Below, piece by piece: positions 10,020 to 22,000 of a DNA stretch of 64,000 nt (its first letter is position 1; every line of letters begins with the position of its first letter). The stretch comes from Gammaproteobacteria bacterium. GTDB taxonomy: Bacteria > Pseudomonadota > Gammaproteobacteria > UBA4575. The DNA lies in assembly GCA_965247265.1 (NCBI GenBank), contig OZ252002.1, forward strand, positions 1,962,565-2,026,564. Direction: 5' to 3'. A program made the position numbers and the translations under genes. Under the pieces are notes generated by a model. It made no database searches, was not told the DNA's origin, and was given only the letters and a program-made list of their open reading frames with translations.

Positions 10020-11846
10020 CTACTTGTTCCCCGGCAAGAGAACGCAAGGATCGGTGCGCGGAGTCAATATTGTTGTCCTCTGCCTTGCTCTCGTGACACT
10101 GACGCGAAAGTTTTGCCGTGCCTGATCATTGATCTGGTTACGTGAATTGAAGCGTACGATACGGTCGGCATTGAAGGGCGGCTTCCTTCCCCTTTGTTGG
10201 ATCGGCCAGCCCTCGAAAATGATCACCTCGTCGAACTGTTTCCCCTTGACTTTGTGCATGTTCATCGCCACCACGCCGGAGTCGGGCTTGGAATTGGTTG
10301 AGAAGTGCTCCTGCGTGAACGCCTGCCGAACGATCGCCAGCGCGTTACGGTAGGCTCCGTTGTCCCGCCAATCCTGAGATAGATTCTGCCTGAGCTGCAT
10401 CCCGCGCTCCAGCACACGGATGTTCCGAACTTCCTCTGCAATTGCCCTCAGCCGCGAACAGGCCCTGATTCAGATGATGCCGTATCGTGCGCCAGTCCTT
10501 GTCGGGTTCACCCGTGAGTGGCAAGGCGCGTGACTCATCGTAGACAGCGCGCACAGAAACAAGAATGCTATTCTGTTTGATGCCCTTGCCACATGCCTGT
10601 CGGGAAAGCCAGTCGTCGTAAGCGTTCTGAATTTTCCTCGCTTGCGTGAGGTCTCCCTTTGTCGGCTTGTCGCCGCCTTTTCCATGATAGTAGCTCTTTA
10701 TGATCTCGATAAATCGCTCGAAGTGGTGGCCGTCGGTATCGGGCTGCATCAAGAAGGCGACAATCTCCGCGCCAAGAATTGCAGCTTCCATATCAATGGC
10801 AGCCGTATGCCGAATCTCGGTCATTCCGCCCGGTGGTGATCGGAACGTGTCAGAGACGACGCGTGTCAGTTTTTTTGTTGGCACAAGAATGGCAATTGAC
10901 CAATCCTCCCGTGCGCTTTCGACGAGGCGCGTTCTGGCTTGGTATGTAGTCGTAACGAGACCAGATAATGTTTGATTTTGGTTTGGCGGATAGACACATA
11001 CTCGAACCCCCGTATAGGGCTCATTGCGGAATGTACCTTCGAGAATGTCATTACCAAATGCCGCGATGTCGGTGCCAGGACTGCGGTGATTGTCTGTGCC
11101 GAGATCCACCTCGGTCAGAGCGAAAGCCTCCCTGAAGTGGTCCAGGCGTTCAGGGTCCGCGCCAATCCAATCATAGATGCGCTGCTCTGGGTCGGCGAGC
11201 GCGAGCAGAGTGCTAAAATCGCCAAGCGCCTTTACGACATCCCATTGTTTGGCATTCGTGTCCTGGAACTCGTCGAGAATGATGACGGGGTATTTCGCGG
11301 CCACCAAGCGGCGGATGCGCGTGCTGCCATGAAGAATATTCCCGACCAGGGGCGCATAGAGATCGAAGCAGACGCGGCCCTCTTCCGACGCGAGGCGATA
11401 CAGCTCGTTGTTCTCGCGTAATTCCTTTTCCGTTTTTTGGTACGGACTGAGCTTTGCATCAGGGCCATATTCGCTGCGGATCTCGGACAGGGCAACCGCC
11501 TCCCCTGCCGTCGCGAGCACCGAGAGCCGCCTCGCCAGGCCGACGAGATACCCGTGGGCCTTGAGGATGCGCCAGAAGAAGGCGTGGTAGGTATCGACGT
11601 CGAGCCGCTGTTTCTGATCGCGGGGATATGGCGCTCGTGTTCGATGGCCTCGATGACGCGAAAGACGGTCGCTCGGGCGAAGCTGAGAAACAGAACCTGC
11701 TGAGCAGGGCGGAGATCCCGTTCGGCAATTCGCCCCGCTTTCAGGATGGAGACGGTCGTCTTGCCGGAGCCTGGCCCTCCTGTGACGAGGAGATGTCCTT
11801 CGGCTTCCATTATGTCCAGTTGTCTCTCAGAAAGTTGCACTTGCAC
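10020..11846 (-). pseudogene. UvrD/PcrA-family helicase (Gabija GajB-like), split into 3 ORFs by frameshifts
   Basis: Walker A GGPGSGKTT (11232..11846). Motif II VIILDEFQDTN (10345..11520). C-terminal ...[14 protein letters not shown] (10020..10415). The start overlaps the end of the upstream OLD-family gene. Confidence 0.6.
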
Positions 11847-13707
11847 CTACTTCCGGTTCGACCCCAACCGGATCGACCGGCTCCGGCACACCACCGTCGT
11901 CATTGCCAGCCGGAGTAGGCTCGCATATCTCCTTAAGCGAAATGCAGGTATCCCGTAACCATTGCGGGGTTTCGTCCTCGGAACATTGCGCAAGAAAGTC
12001 GGCAATGCCCCATTCAGCCTTCTTCCACTCGAAATAGTCGCGCAGCGCCGCTTGAGCATCAGCTTCCGGATCCGGATGATTTTTCTGAAGGTGTTGCGGC
12101 CAGACAATCAGCCTCACGAAACGCCGCAGAGCGTCATCACGCGTGTTATTCAGGATAAGGTTCTCGAAGCCACTTTCGCCGTGCATGAACAAGGCAACGA
12201 CCTGCGCTCTGATATGATCTCTCCTTTCGTCGGGTTGCCTGTCGCAAAGGGCGAAGGTCTGCTTGTCGAGGCCACTATAGAGATGGGCTAGATCAGCAAT
12301 GTTCGTCTCGCCGCCGGCGTCAATCGTACAGATACCTAGCGCTTCCAGAGAGGAATAGGTGTCGGGATTCAGCTCCGCCATTCGTCGGCACGCGACGGGA
12401 AAAGATGCGGCTTCTGTCGCACCTTCGGCAATGAGAATGCGGCGTGCCAGAAGCCCTCACAAAATCGAGTGTGAAACTCTTGGCGATAGCGCTTTGGCTT
12501 AACGCTCTCGGGAAGAGTGATTGTGGTCTGTCCACGTACCCCGTCTGCATCCCGCGCGAGCACAACTGTCTCGTCGAGAGAAAATTCTTCAAGGACATAC
12601 GGCGAATGGGAAGTAAAAAGTGCCTGCGATGCGAGCTTGCGAACTTCGTGAACAATACGTTTCTGTGCATAGGGTGGAATAGCGGTTTCTGGTTCCTCCA
12701 TTGCAAAAATTACGTTCTGCTTGTCCTCGGCAATTTGGGACAGCATTGCCAGAACAAGCATGTTAATCGTCCCGGTGCCTTGTCGGTAGAATGGTGCTGC
12801 GTGGCTGCCTTCTCCCGTGGCGATAAAGGCCGTGATTACCTTCCGCAGATGCTCGCGCGTAAGGTTGGACACCTTAAGGTGTGGCGTGACTCTCCACTCT
12901 TTCGGCACGTATTTCTTAAGGGCTGCATTGATGCTTTCCAGTACACCGGAGATGCCGAGTTCGGGATCGCTTGCGACGGAAAGGTCTTCGAGCGTACCGA
13001 TCGTATCTTCCCACATCTGCGGCCTGACCTCTTTCAGGCGCAGAATGATGTCAAGGAGACTGCCGCGTTCCAGGCTCAGAGCGCGCGAACCTGTGCGCAG
13101 CGAACGCAGATAGAGGAAGCCGCAGATCTGCTTGTCCCTTTTCGAGAACCCGACGGGCGTGTCATTCTCAGAAAGACTGCGTGTGAAATAGGTCTTCCCC
13201 TCGAAATCGTCTTCCTCCGCCTCGTACCGGCCGATGAAAGTGACCCGTAGCGCGTCGGTGATAGGGGCGGCATCAACCCCCCGCCGGGATGGGATCGTTG
13301 TAGAGCGTGTTGGTCGCCGTATCCCAGAACTCAATGTAGTCGCCGAACCTGTCCCGTTGTTCCTCGGTCAGGGCCGTGATCGTCACCTCAATCTCGATGC
13401 AAGGCGGTTCCATCTCAATGACTTCCGCCGTCGAATCCGCGGGGACACCAGCGTCTCCGGCGTTGACCGCGGCTGGGTTGACGGCAGCATCTGGCGTGTC
13501 AGGAACATACTGCCCTCTAAAGAAATCATGCTCGTCAATAGGCGGCGTACGATTCAGTCGATCCGGCCCGAGCACAAGATCTAGTGCTTCGAAGATTGTG
13601 GTTTTACCAGTATTGTTGTCTCCAATGAAGACTGCGTGATCAGGAAGAAGTAATGTTGCAGATCTTATGCCACGAAAACTTGCTATGTTGATTTGACATA
13701 CTCTCAC
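11827..13707 (-). pseudogene. OLD-family ATP-dependent endonuclease (Gabija GajA-like: ABC-type ATPase plus TOPRIM), split into 3 ORFs by frameshifts
   Basis: N-terminus MRVCQINIASFRGIRSATLLL...IGDNNTGKTTIFEAL (Walker A). Mid ...QGTGTINMLVLAMLSQIAEDKQNVIFAMEEPETAIPPYAQKRIV (signature/Walker B/D-loop). Acidic TOPRIM-like C-terminal ORF 11827..12381. Confidence 0.6.
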
Positions 13708-13753
13708 GAATGCCTCCTTTGGCGTCGGCGATATCGACGGCGGTGTTACTGGT

Positions 13754-14130
13754 TCAAAAACCGATACGTCTGATGCCGTCGACTACGTCGAAATGGCTAT
13801 CGTTGCTCAGAATCGCGAGAGCGTGCTGACGGGCGAGCGCGGCGATCCAGGCGTCATTCGGCGGTATAGGATTGCCGAGCCGCTTCAATTGCAGCCGGAT
13901 ATCTGCATACGCATCCGCCGTCGCTGAGGTGACGGCCGCGATTTCGGCCAGCGGCAAATATCGACGAAGCCATTCCTCGTAGCGGCTTCGATGACGCGAT
14001 TGACGAATGCCGAAAAGTACTCGCCAAGTACGACGCTCGGAACGACCAATCGGTCGGCGGATCGAAGAGGAGCCTCGACGGCCGCGAGCCCTTCCGCCCA
14101 GGCGGAGAGGGCATTGGTATCGAGGATCAT
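13754..14130 (-). pseudogene. vapC: PIN-domain toxin VapC, frameshifted
   Basis: N-terminal ORF MILDTNALSAW... and C-terminal ORF ...NDAWIAALA...DSHFD lie in different frames. Confidence 0.55.
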
Positions 14131-14393
14131 GCGATATCTTCGGGGGCGAGCCTCTCGAATTCCTCCTCGATCACATTAAGGATACGGTGGTTTTCGTCCG
14201 AAAGGTCAGATAGCTCGCCGAACCCGGCCATCCAGGGAGCATCGGTTTCGCCGGCGTGGGTGTCGTTCGCGCATTGGCGGACCTGTGCCTCGAGCGCTTC
14301 GTTGAAAAAGTGTTTCAAAGTGATACCACGGCCGGCGGCAAGAGCCTTGGCCCGGCGGAACGTGGCGTCGGGAACCTCAATGGCCGTTTTCAT
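14127..14393 (-). CDS. vapB: VapB-type antitoxin (88 aa)
   Basis: Small ORF immediately upstream of and overlapping the PIN toxin. N-terminal DNA-binding-like region. Confidence 0.5.
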   Translation of the reverse strand: MKTAIEVPDATFRRAKALAAGRGITLKHFFNEALEAQVRQCANDTHAGETDAPWMAGFGELSDLSDENHRILNVIEEEFERLAPEDIA

Positions 14394-14425
14394 TTCACCA
14401 TATTCCCATATTTACGGATTTGTCG

Positions 14426-15630
14426 TCAATCCGTCCCGGTTGGTGACGCATCGCTGTGCATGGAGGACATTTCGGCGGTGCCCGAGAGATCACCACCGAT
14501 GCTGCCTGTGATGCGTGACGCGGCGTTCCGGATCGAATCCCGCGCCAAGTGAGCATAGCGGGCGGTGGTCTGCACTTGGGTATGACCCAAGAGCTTCCCT
14601 ATCATGGTGAGGCATTCGCCGAGCGCCAGCGCGCGCGAAGCGAACGAATGACGCAAGTCGTGGATGCGCACATCCTCCAAGGCCGGCACGCTTGCGAATG
14701 CGCCGCCAGGGACGTTGCAGGTCGGTCAGATGCGAACCGGGGAGCTTTCCGGCGATGACCCACGGGTTGCCCCGTCGCGGGGAATGGATGACAGTACGGC
14801 GCGGGCCTCTGGCCCGAGCGGCACCACCCTTCCGCCGGTCTTGGTATCCGGCAGCTCAAGGCAGTCTTCCTTGACGTACTCCCAGCGCAGATCTCGGATC
14901 TCCGACATCCGGCAGCCGGTCAGGAGCAGCAGCCGGAAGGCGGACACGGCCGAGAGCATCTCCACCTCGGCCTCGCGAAGAATCTCGCCGAGCCGAGCCG
15001 TCTCTTCCGTCGACAGGAACCGCTCTCGTTGGTGTTCCTTGTACCGCTTCACATGCCGGCAGGGTTTGGAACCATTCCGGCGCCAACCCCACACCTCGGC
15101 AAGGTTAAACATCTTCGACAATACTCCGAGTGTGCGGTTGGCCTGATAGGGCTTGTCCCGAAGGCCGTGATGAAGGACCGCGATGTCCTTGCGTTCGACC
15201 GCTGCGACCTGCAATTCCCCGATCACGGGGTCGATGAAGAGCTTCACCGAGCGGCGGTACTCCGTCTGGGTGCTTGGCTTGCAATGGACCCGGACGTACT
15301 CAACCAGAAACCGGCTGCACAGGCCCGCCATCACTGGCTCGGCCTTGCGCCGCGACCTGGACTCGCGGGGTCGATCCCTTTCTTGGCGTCGGCCAGGATC
15401 TGAAGCGCCTGTCCACGCGCCTCGTCTGGGCTCAACGGGTTGTGTGCCCCGATGGTGAACCAGCGCAGCTTGCCGGCGACACGGGTCTGGACGACGTAAT
15501 ATTTCCGCCCCGATCGCCTTACCCGGACACCGAACCCGGTCAGATCGCCATCCCAATAGACGGCGTCGGAGCCGTTGGCCTTCAGGGCATCGACAGATCG
15601 CTTCGTGAGGCGGTGCAGGCCGTTCGCCAT
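14426..15630 (-). pseudogene. int: P4-type tyrosine integrase, 3 fragments (2 frameshifts)
   Basis: N-terminal arm-binding domain ...SVDALKANGSDAVYWDGDLTGFGVRVRRSGRKYYVVQTRVAGKLRWFTIG (15331..15630). Core (14726..15340). Catalytic C-terminus HDLRHSFAS...LLGHTQVQTTARYAHL (14426..14689). Confidence 0.7.
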
Positions 15631-15807
15631 GACGGAAATCCTCTTGACCGGGAAGAGGGAGTTTGTCAGATTGGCAAACAATTTGTATCAAACCAGAGCG
15701 CGCTCAGGCGTAGCCTTGTCGACACTGAAACACATTAACTACAAGAAATATATGGATTTATTAAACTTCGGAGACTTGTAGAGCATTTCTGTCGTGCATA
15801 GGTGTCG

Positions 15808-15855
15808 AAACTCATAACCTGAAGGTCGTAGGTTCAAATCCTACCCCCGCAACCA
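15808..15855 (+). other. tRNA-fMet 3' fragment (anticodon loop through CCA, about 47 nt); attachment-site remnant
   Basis: CTCATAACCTGAAGGTCGTAGGTTCAAATCCTACCCCCGCAACCA is near-identical to the E. coli tRNA-fMet 3' half. No matching 5' half or acceptor 5' strand lies upstream. Confidence 0.75.
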
Positions 15856-15859
15856 AAAA

Positions 15860-15894
15860 GGCCCGTAACTTCACATGGTTACGGGCTTTTCCCT
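15860..15894 (+). terminator. rho-independent terminator following the tRNA fragment
   Basis: GGCCCGTAACttcacatgGTTACGGGCTTTTCCCTTTT. Confidence 0.6.
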
Positions 15895-16041
15895 TTTCGC
15901 AGCCATGACGCGATTAGCGTCGTGGACGCACAGTGGACGCATGAGGGAGCATAATCCTGCACGTTTCTGCGCGACACCGCGCAGGCCGCCCGACTGAGAT
16001 CGCGCGACGTTGACGGCTTACCCGCTGACCTTGGCAGACGT

Positions 16042-19000
16042 TCAGAACCGCATCTGGCCGCGCAGCATCACGGCATGATCCGCGGCAGCATCGTTGGCCG
16101 GCTCACGGCGCTCGCCCTCGAGGCTGAGGTTGAGCGACGACCCGATCTCGAAGCGGCTGCCGATCCAGTAGCGTTGTGACCCTTCGCCGGCCAGCGAGAA
16201 CCCGCCATAGGGCGTCAGCAGCCCGTGCCCGCCGAGCGCGCCGAAGCCATAGCCAAGCTCGCTGTCCAGCCGCATTTGCGGAACGTTGTCATTGGCCGCC
16301 CTATCGTCGCTCGCCAGTTCGGCGACGTCCTGATCCCACAGCCGATCCACCCCGCTCGCTGTCTCGCCCCAGGTCGGGAAGAGGCTGAACGACAGTCCCC
16401 GCCCTTCGGCGCTCGGGTCGAGGCGGACCGAGCCGCCAAGACCCCATTCCTGGTAATTACTCTGCCCCGTCAGCACCCGGCCGTGTCCCTCGACCGTCAG
16501 GCCCGCGGCTGGGTCGCGATAACGCAAGCTGCCGACGATCTCGATGCCGGTGCCCGTGATCCCGTCGCCCCCGTCATGGCGCAGACCCAGCTCCAGGGAC
16601 GGCGTCAGGGACCCGCCCGAGGCCAGCGCCTGCTCGTGGCTGCCCTCCAGCGCCAACCGCAACCGCCAGGCATTCACCGTCTGCTCTTCGATCAGGCCGT
16701 CGTCGCCCTCGACCTCGACCTGCGCCCACGAGGCCTCGCTCCGGAGCTCGAGCGCCATCGTGCCGCCCGCGATCGGTGATTCATCGGTCATCAAGGGACC
16801 GCTCGCTCCCGCCGCCGCCGTCTTGAGCGTCGTGTCGCTGCGCCTTACCGGGTAGTCGGGGTCGCCATCGCGCACCTGCGCGTCCTCGATCTCGATATCG
16901 CCCCACCCATAGCCCACCGTCGCCCAGAGACCGAGACCCTGTGGCGAGGTCCAGCCCAGATAGGGATGAACGCTGGTCATCCGGCTCTCATAGTCGCCGC
17001 GCACCGGCGACGATCCGGTACCGTCGCTATAGTCGAATTCGCCGATCGAGCGCGACAGCGCGAGCCCGGTCAGGAGATCCTCGCGCAGGCAGCCGTCGAT
17101 GCCGAGCTGGCCGGTCAGCACCGTGCCGTCCCAGGCGAAGGCGGACTCCGTGCTCTCCAGCACCTGCCGCTCGCCCCGGCCCCACACCACCGGCCCGCCG
17201 GCGCCGGGTGCCATGCCGTCATTGGCCGCTGCCGCGAGCGGCAGCCGGAAGGACGAGCCAGCCAGCACATCGGCGAGGGTGAGCGCATCGTCCTCGATCG
17301 CCGGCGCGTTGGATCGCAGCGTGTCATAGAGTGTCGATCCCCCGGCCAGCGTGTAGGCGGCCGCCTGTTTGCCGCACGCCTCGTCCATGCGCGCACCGAT
17401 CGCCCGGTTGGTGACATCGGCGAGGGTCAGCGCGTGCTTGGAGAGAATCTCGTCGTTCAGGCGCCGGAAGCGCGCCTGGACCACGGTGCCTTCAGCGTCG
17501 ACGATGGTCAGGGTGGCCCTGGCCGGTGCGCCTTTCGCCACGTCCGTGGGCAGCGTACCGAAGCCCAGCGCCACCCTCACGTCGTGGAAATTGTCGTCTT
17601 GTTTGGCCTGTTCCGTGGCCTCGATGGTGAAGCTCCTGGTGGTGTCGCCCGTCTCCTCGAATTTGAGCGTGACGGTCCCGGTCGCAGGATCCAAGACATC
17701 CGGATCCGTAACCGTAACCGTATAGTCGGCCGCCACGGTCCGGCCCCGCGGGGTCACCGTGATCGGGATCTCCAGCGCGTCGGCCGCTTGCTTGCTCAGC
17801 GTCACCGTCACCCTGACCGGATCGCCGCCCTCTTCGACCGCATAGGCCGCGGCGCCGAAGCGCACCAAATACACCCGCACCACGCTAATGGCCATGGCGT
17901 ACGCCACGCTGTCGCTCTCGCCGTCACTGACCTTGAACCCGAACGTCGCGAAAGGTTCGCCGTGCGCGTTCTCCGGCGGAGTGTAGAGGAGCTTGCCCGC
18001 TTCAAGGTCGGCCGGCGTCACCTGCCGGGGTAGGATGTCGCTGGTGATGGCCGCGCCGTTAAGCGACAGCGTCCCCCGGTCATTCCCCTCGTCATCCACG
18101 GGCGGCGAGGCGATCTTCACGTGGTGCAGCGTGTCCACTTCGTCGTCTGAATAGGCGAAGTCTTTCATCGTAAAGCGGTACGGTTCGTTGTCGTACGTGG
18201 ACACCTCTTTGCTGGAACCCGTGGGGGGGTTGTTGAACGGCGTGGCGTTCGCGGCGGATGCGTCGCCCTCGCCGGCATCGTTCATCGCGCGCACTGCCAA
18301 CGTGTACTCGGTGCCGTTTTTCAGGCCGGGAACGGTGTATCCGGTGGCATTGGTCTGGTGATGGGCGCTGTTGGGGATGTCGGTGAAGTTATCGTCACCG
18401 TTGATGCTGACCTGGTAGCCGGTGATGGTGCTGTCGTTCGGATCGGCCCAGGTAAGTGTAACCTTGCGGTAACCCGGCCCGACCGAGGAAATCTCCGGGG
18501 CGGCCGGCGGCGCAATTGGCCTGGCGGTCACGGTGGATGCCGGGCCGTTACCGGGATCGTTCACCGCGCGCACCGCAAAGGTGTACTCGGTGCCGTTGGT
18601 CAGGCCGGTCACGGTGTATCCGGTGGGGGGCGCATCGGGGTCGGTGACGGCGATGTTCGCCCACGCAGTGTAGGTGCTGTCGTTGCTGCTCCTCACTTTC
18701 GAGCGGACTTGGTACTTGGTGATCGATCTGTCGCTCGGATCGTTCCACGCAAGCACCACCTGGCCGTCGCCCGGCGTGGCCGAGGAAATCGTCGGGGCGT
18801 CCGGCACCGCAATCGGTGTGGCCCCCACGCTGGAGGCTTCGCCGTCACCGGAAGCGTTCACTGCGCGCAGCTCAAACCCGTACGGGCTGCCGTTAGTCAG
18901 GCCGGTCACGGTGTAGGTGGTGGTGGTCGCACTGCTGCCGCCGATGTCGCTCCAGTCGCCGAAATCGGCGCCGCTCACCCTCTGCCGGTACTGATACCTG

Positions 19001-22000
19001 GTGATGCTGCTGTCGTTCGGATCGTCCCAGGTCAGCACAGCCTGCCCGTTAGCCGGCATGGCCGCGAGGTTCGCCGGGGGGGCCGGCACCGGCACCGGCA
19101 TGGCGTCCACGCTGCCCGCTCTGCCGGTGATCACGGTGTCGTCCCCGGACGTATCCACCGCCTGCACCGTGAAGGTGTAGTCGGTGCGATTGGTCAAGCC
19201 GGGAATGAGCAGGGTCGTCTGATCCCCCGAGCCGGGCGAGAGAAACGTTTCCAAGAGCGGGTCCACGGAGTTGATGGGCGTGTAGTAGGTGCTGACCTTA
19301 TAACGGGCGATCCCGGGGTCGCCCCTGTCCCACGTCAGCATGACCTGGCCCTCGCCCGGCGCCGCCACCAGACCGGTCGGCGCGGGCCAGAGCGGCGTGG
19401 CGGTTTCGGGGGACGCCGCGCCGGCACCGGACAGATTCACCGCCCGCAGCTCGAACGTGTATTCGGTGCCGTTGGTCAGGCGGGTACCGGTGCCGTCGCT
19501 CAGGACGGTCACGGTGTGGGTGGTGGTGGCCGCACCGCTGCTCTCGATATCGATGAAGGTCGTGCCGCCGTCGGTGCTGTACTGGTATCCGCTGACCATG
19601 TTGTTGTCCGGGTCGTCCCAGGACAGTGTGACCTGACGGTCCTCCCCCCCCTCGGCCATGAGGCCCGTCGGGGCGGCCGGAAGCGTCGGCGCGGTCACGG
19701 TAGACGCCGCGCCCACACCGGAAGCGTTCACCGCGCGCAGCTTGAACGTGTACTCGGTGCCGTTGGTCAGGCCGGTCACGGTGTAGGCGAGGGTGTTGTC
19801 CGTATCGTTTTCGCTGATGTCGGTGTCGTCGATATCGGCGAACGTCTCGCCGCCGTCGGTGCTGACCTGGTACCCGGTGATTGTGTCGTCGTCCGGATCG
19901 TCCCAGGCCAGCGCAACCTCGGTGGCGCCCGCCGTGGCCGAGAGCGCCGTCGGAGCGGCCGGCACCGCCATCGGCGTGGCGGTTACGGTGGCTGCGAGGC
20001 CTTTACCCGCATCGTTTTCTGCGCGCACGGCAAACGTGTACTCGGTGCCGTTGGTCAGGCCCATGACCGTGTGTGCGGTGGTCTCCTTGTCGCTGTTCGG
20101 AATCCCGCTGTAGTTGTCGCCGCCGTCGGTGCTGACCTCATAGTCATAGTTGCCGATGGTTGCATCGTTGCTCGGCTTGCTCCAGCTCAGCGCCACCTGG
20201 CCGTCACCCGGCGCGGCCGAGAGGTTCTCCGGGGCGTCCGGGATCGCAATCGGCATGGCGTCCACGGTAGACGCCGGGCCCTCACCGGTACCGTTCCCCG
20301 CGCGCACCTCAAACGTGTAGGTCGTGCCGTTGATCAGGCCGGTCGCGGTGTATGTGGTGGGGTGCGTGGGGGGCGTCGCAAAGGGGTTGGGGCTGGTGAT
20401 GTCCGCCCAGGGGGTGTAGGTGCTGTCGTTGCTGTCCTTCACCTTCCAGCGGACCTGGTACTTGGTGATCGTGATATTGCCCGGATCGTCCCATTTCAGC
20501 ACGACCCGGCTGTCACCCGGCGTGGCCGAGGAAATCGTCGGGTCGGCTGGCAGCGGCGGCGCCACCGGTGTGGCTTTCACGCTGGCTTTCACGCTGGTTT
20601 GGGTGCCGCCGGCTGTGGTCGACCACACCGTGAAGGTATATTCGGTGCCGTTGGCCAACGGATGATTGGGATCGAGGCCAATGGAATCGTCAACCTTCGA
20701 CGGCGATGCGCCAAAGGAGAGGAAAGATGACCAATTTACTCCGGGGCCTTTGGTTGTGAGCGTATAGTCTTTGGCTCCGGGGACGCCCGTCCACTCCAGA
20801 TGGACCCGGCCGTGGTCCGGCGTCGCCACAAGATTCGGCGCGGGCCAGAGCGGCGTAGCTTTATCGCTGGACGCCGCGCCCTCGCCGGAAGCGTTCACCG
20901 CCCGCAGCTCGACCGTGTGCTGCCTGCCGTTGCTCAGGCCGGTCACGGTGTGTGAGACGGTGGTCGCACCGCTGCCGTCGATGTCGGTCCAGTCGCCGAA
21001 AGCGCGGTTGCCCCTCTTCTGCCGGTATTGGTACCCGGTGATCGGGACGTTGCCCGGATCGTCCCAGGTCAGCGCCACCTCGCCCCCGTCGCTGCCCCGC
21101 GTGGCCGCGAAGTTCGCCGGGGCGGCCGGTTTCGCAATCGGCGTGGCGGTCACGGTGGCCCACGGGCCTTTACCGGAAGCGTTCTCTGCGCGCACCGCCA
21201 AGGTGTACTGGGTGCCGTTGATCACGATGTTACCGCCACCATCGCTCAGGAAGACTACGGTGTATTCGGTGGTGGTCGCGCTGCTGTCACCAATGGAGAC
21301 GAAGGTCGTCACGCCGCCGTTGGTGCTGTAGTCGTACCCGCTGATCGTGAGGTTGTTCGGATCGTCCCAGGTAAGCAGAACCTCGCCGTCACCCGCCGTG
21401 GGCATGAGGCCCGTCGGCGCGGCGGGCAGAGCCACCGCCGGTGTGGCGGTCGCGGTAGATGCCGCACCGGTGATCTGGAAATTGGTGAAGGTTCCCGACG
21501 CCGCCCGCACTGTGAAGGTGTAGTTGGTGCCGTCGGTCAACCCGCCAACGGATACGGTCGTCTTATTCCCCGATCCGGACTCGTGCGCATTATCCGAAAC
21601 CTGAGTGTTGGTGCCGGTGAGCGTCGTCCGGACCGCATAACGGGCGATCCCGGAGTCGCCCGTGTCCCACTGCAGCACGACCCGGCCTTTGTCCGGCACC
21701 GCCACCAGACCGGTCGGCGCAGGCCACAGGGGCGTGGCAGTCACGCGGGGCGCCGCGCCGGGACCGGAATCGTTCACCGCGCGCACCGCCAACGTGTACT
21801 CGGTGCCGTTGGTCAGGCCGGTCACGGTGGTGGTGGTGGTGGCCGCGCTGCTGCCCTCGATATCGATGAAGTTCGTGCCGCCGTTGGTGCTGACCTGGTA
21901 TTTGGTGATCGTGTCGTCGTCCGGATCGGCCCAAGTGAGCGCAACCTCCTGGCTACGCGCCGTGGGCGAGAGATTCGCCGGGGGGTCCGGCACCGGCGCC

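Noticed and set aside
9465-10125. GC-rich ORFs 9465..9818, 9556..9777, 9787..10047 and 9838..10125
   Set aside because: Arg-rich low-complexity translations in overlapping frames downstream of the helicase pseudogene. They are probably non-coding or unrecognisable remnants.
11408-12291. Plus-strand ORFs overlapping the Gabija-like genes (11437..11703, 11628..11918, 11962..12291, 12444..13250)
   Set aside because: They lie antisense to ORFs with clear ATPase and helicase motifs. Compositional artefacts.
15029-15781. Plus-strand ORFs 15029..15403, 15183..15458, 15274..15738 and 15575..15781 over the integrase pseudogene
   Set aside because: They lie antisense to the P4-type integrase fragments, whose motifs are unambiguous.
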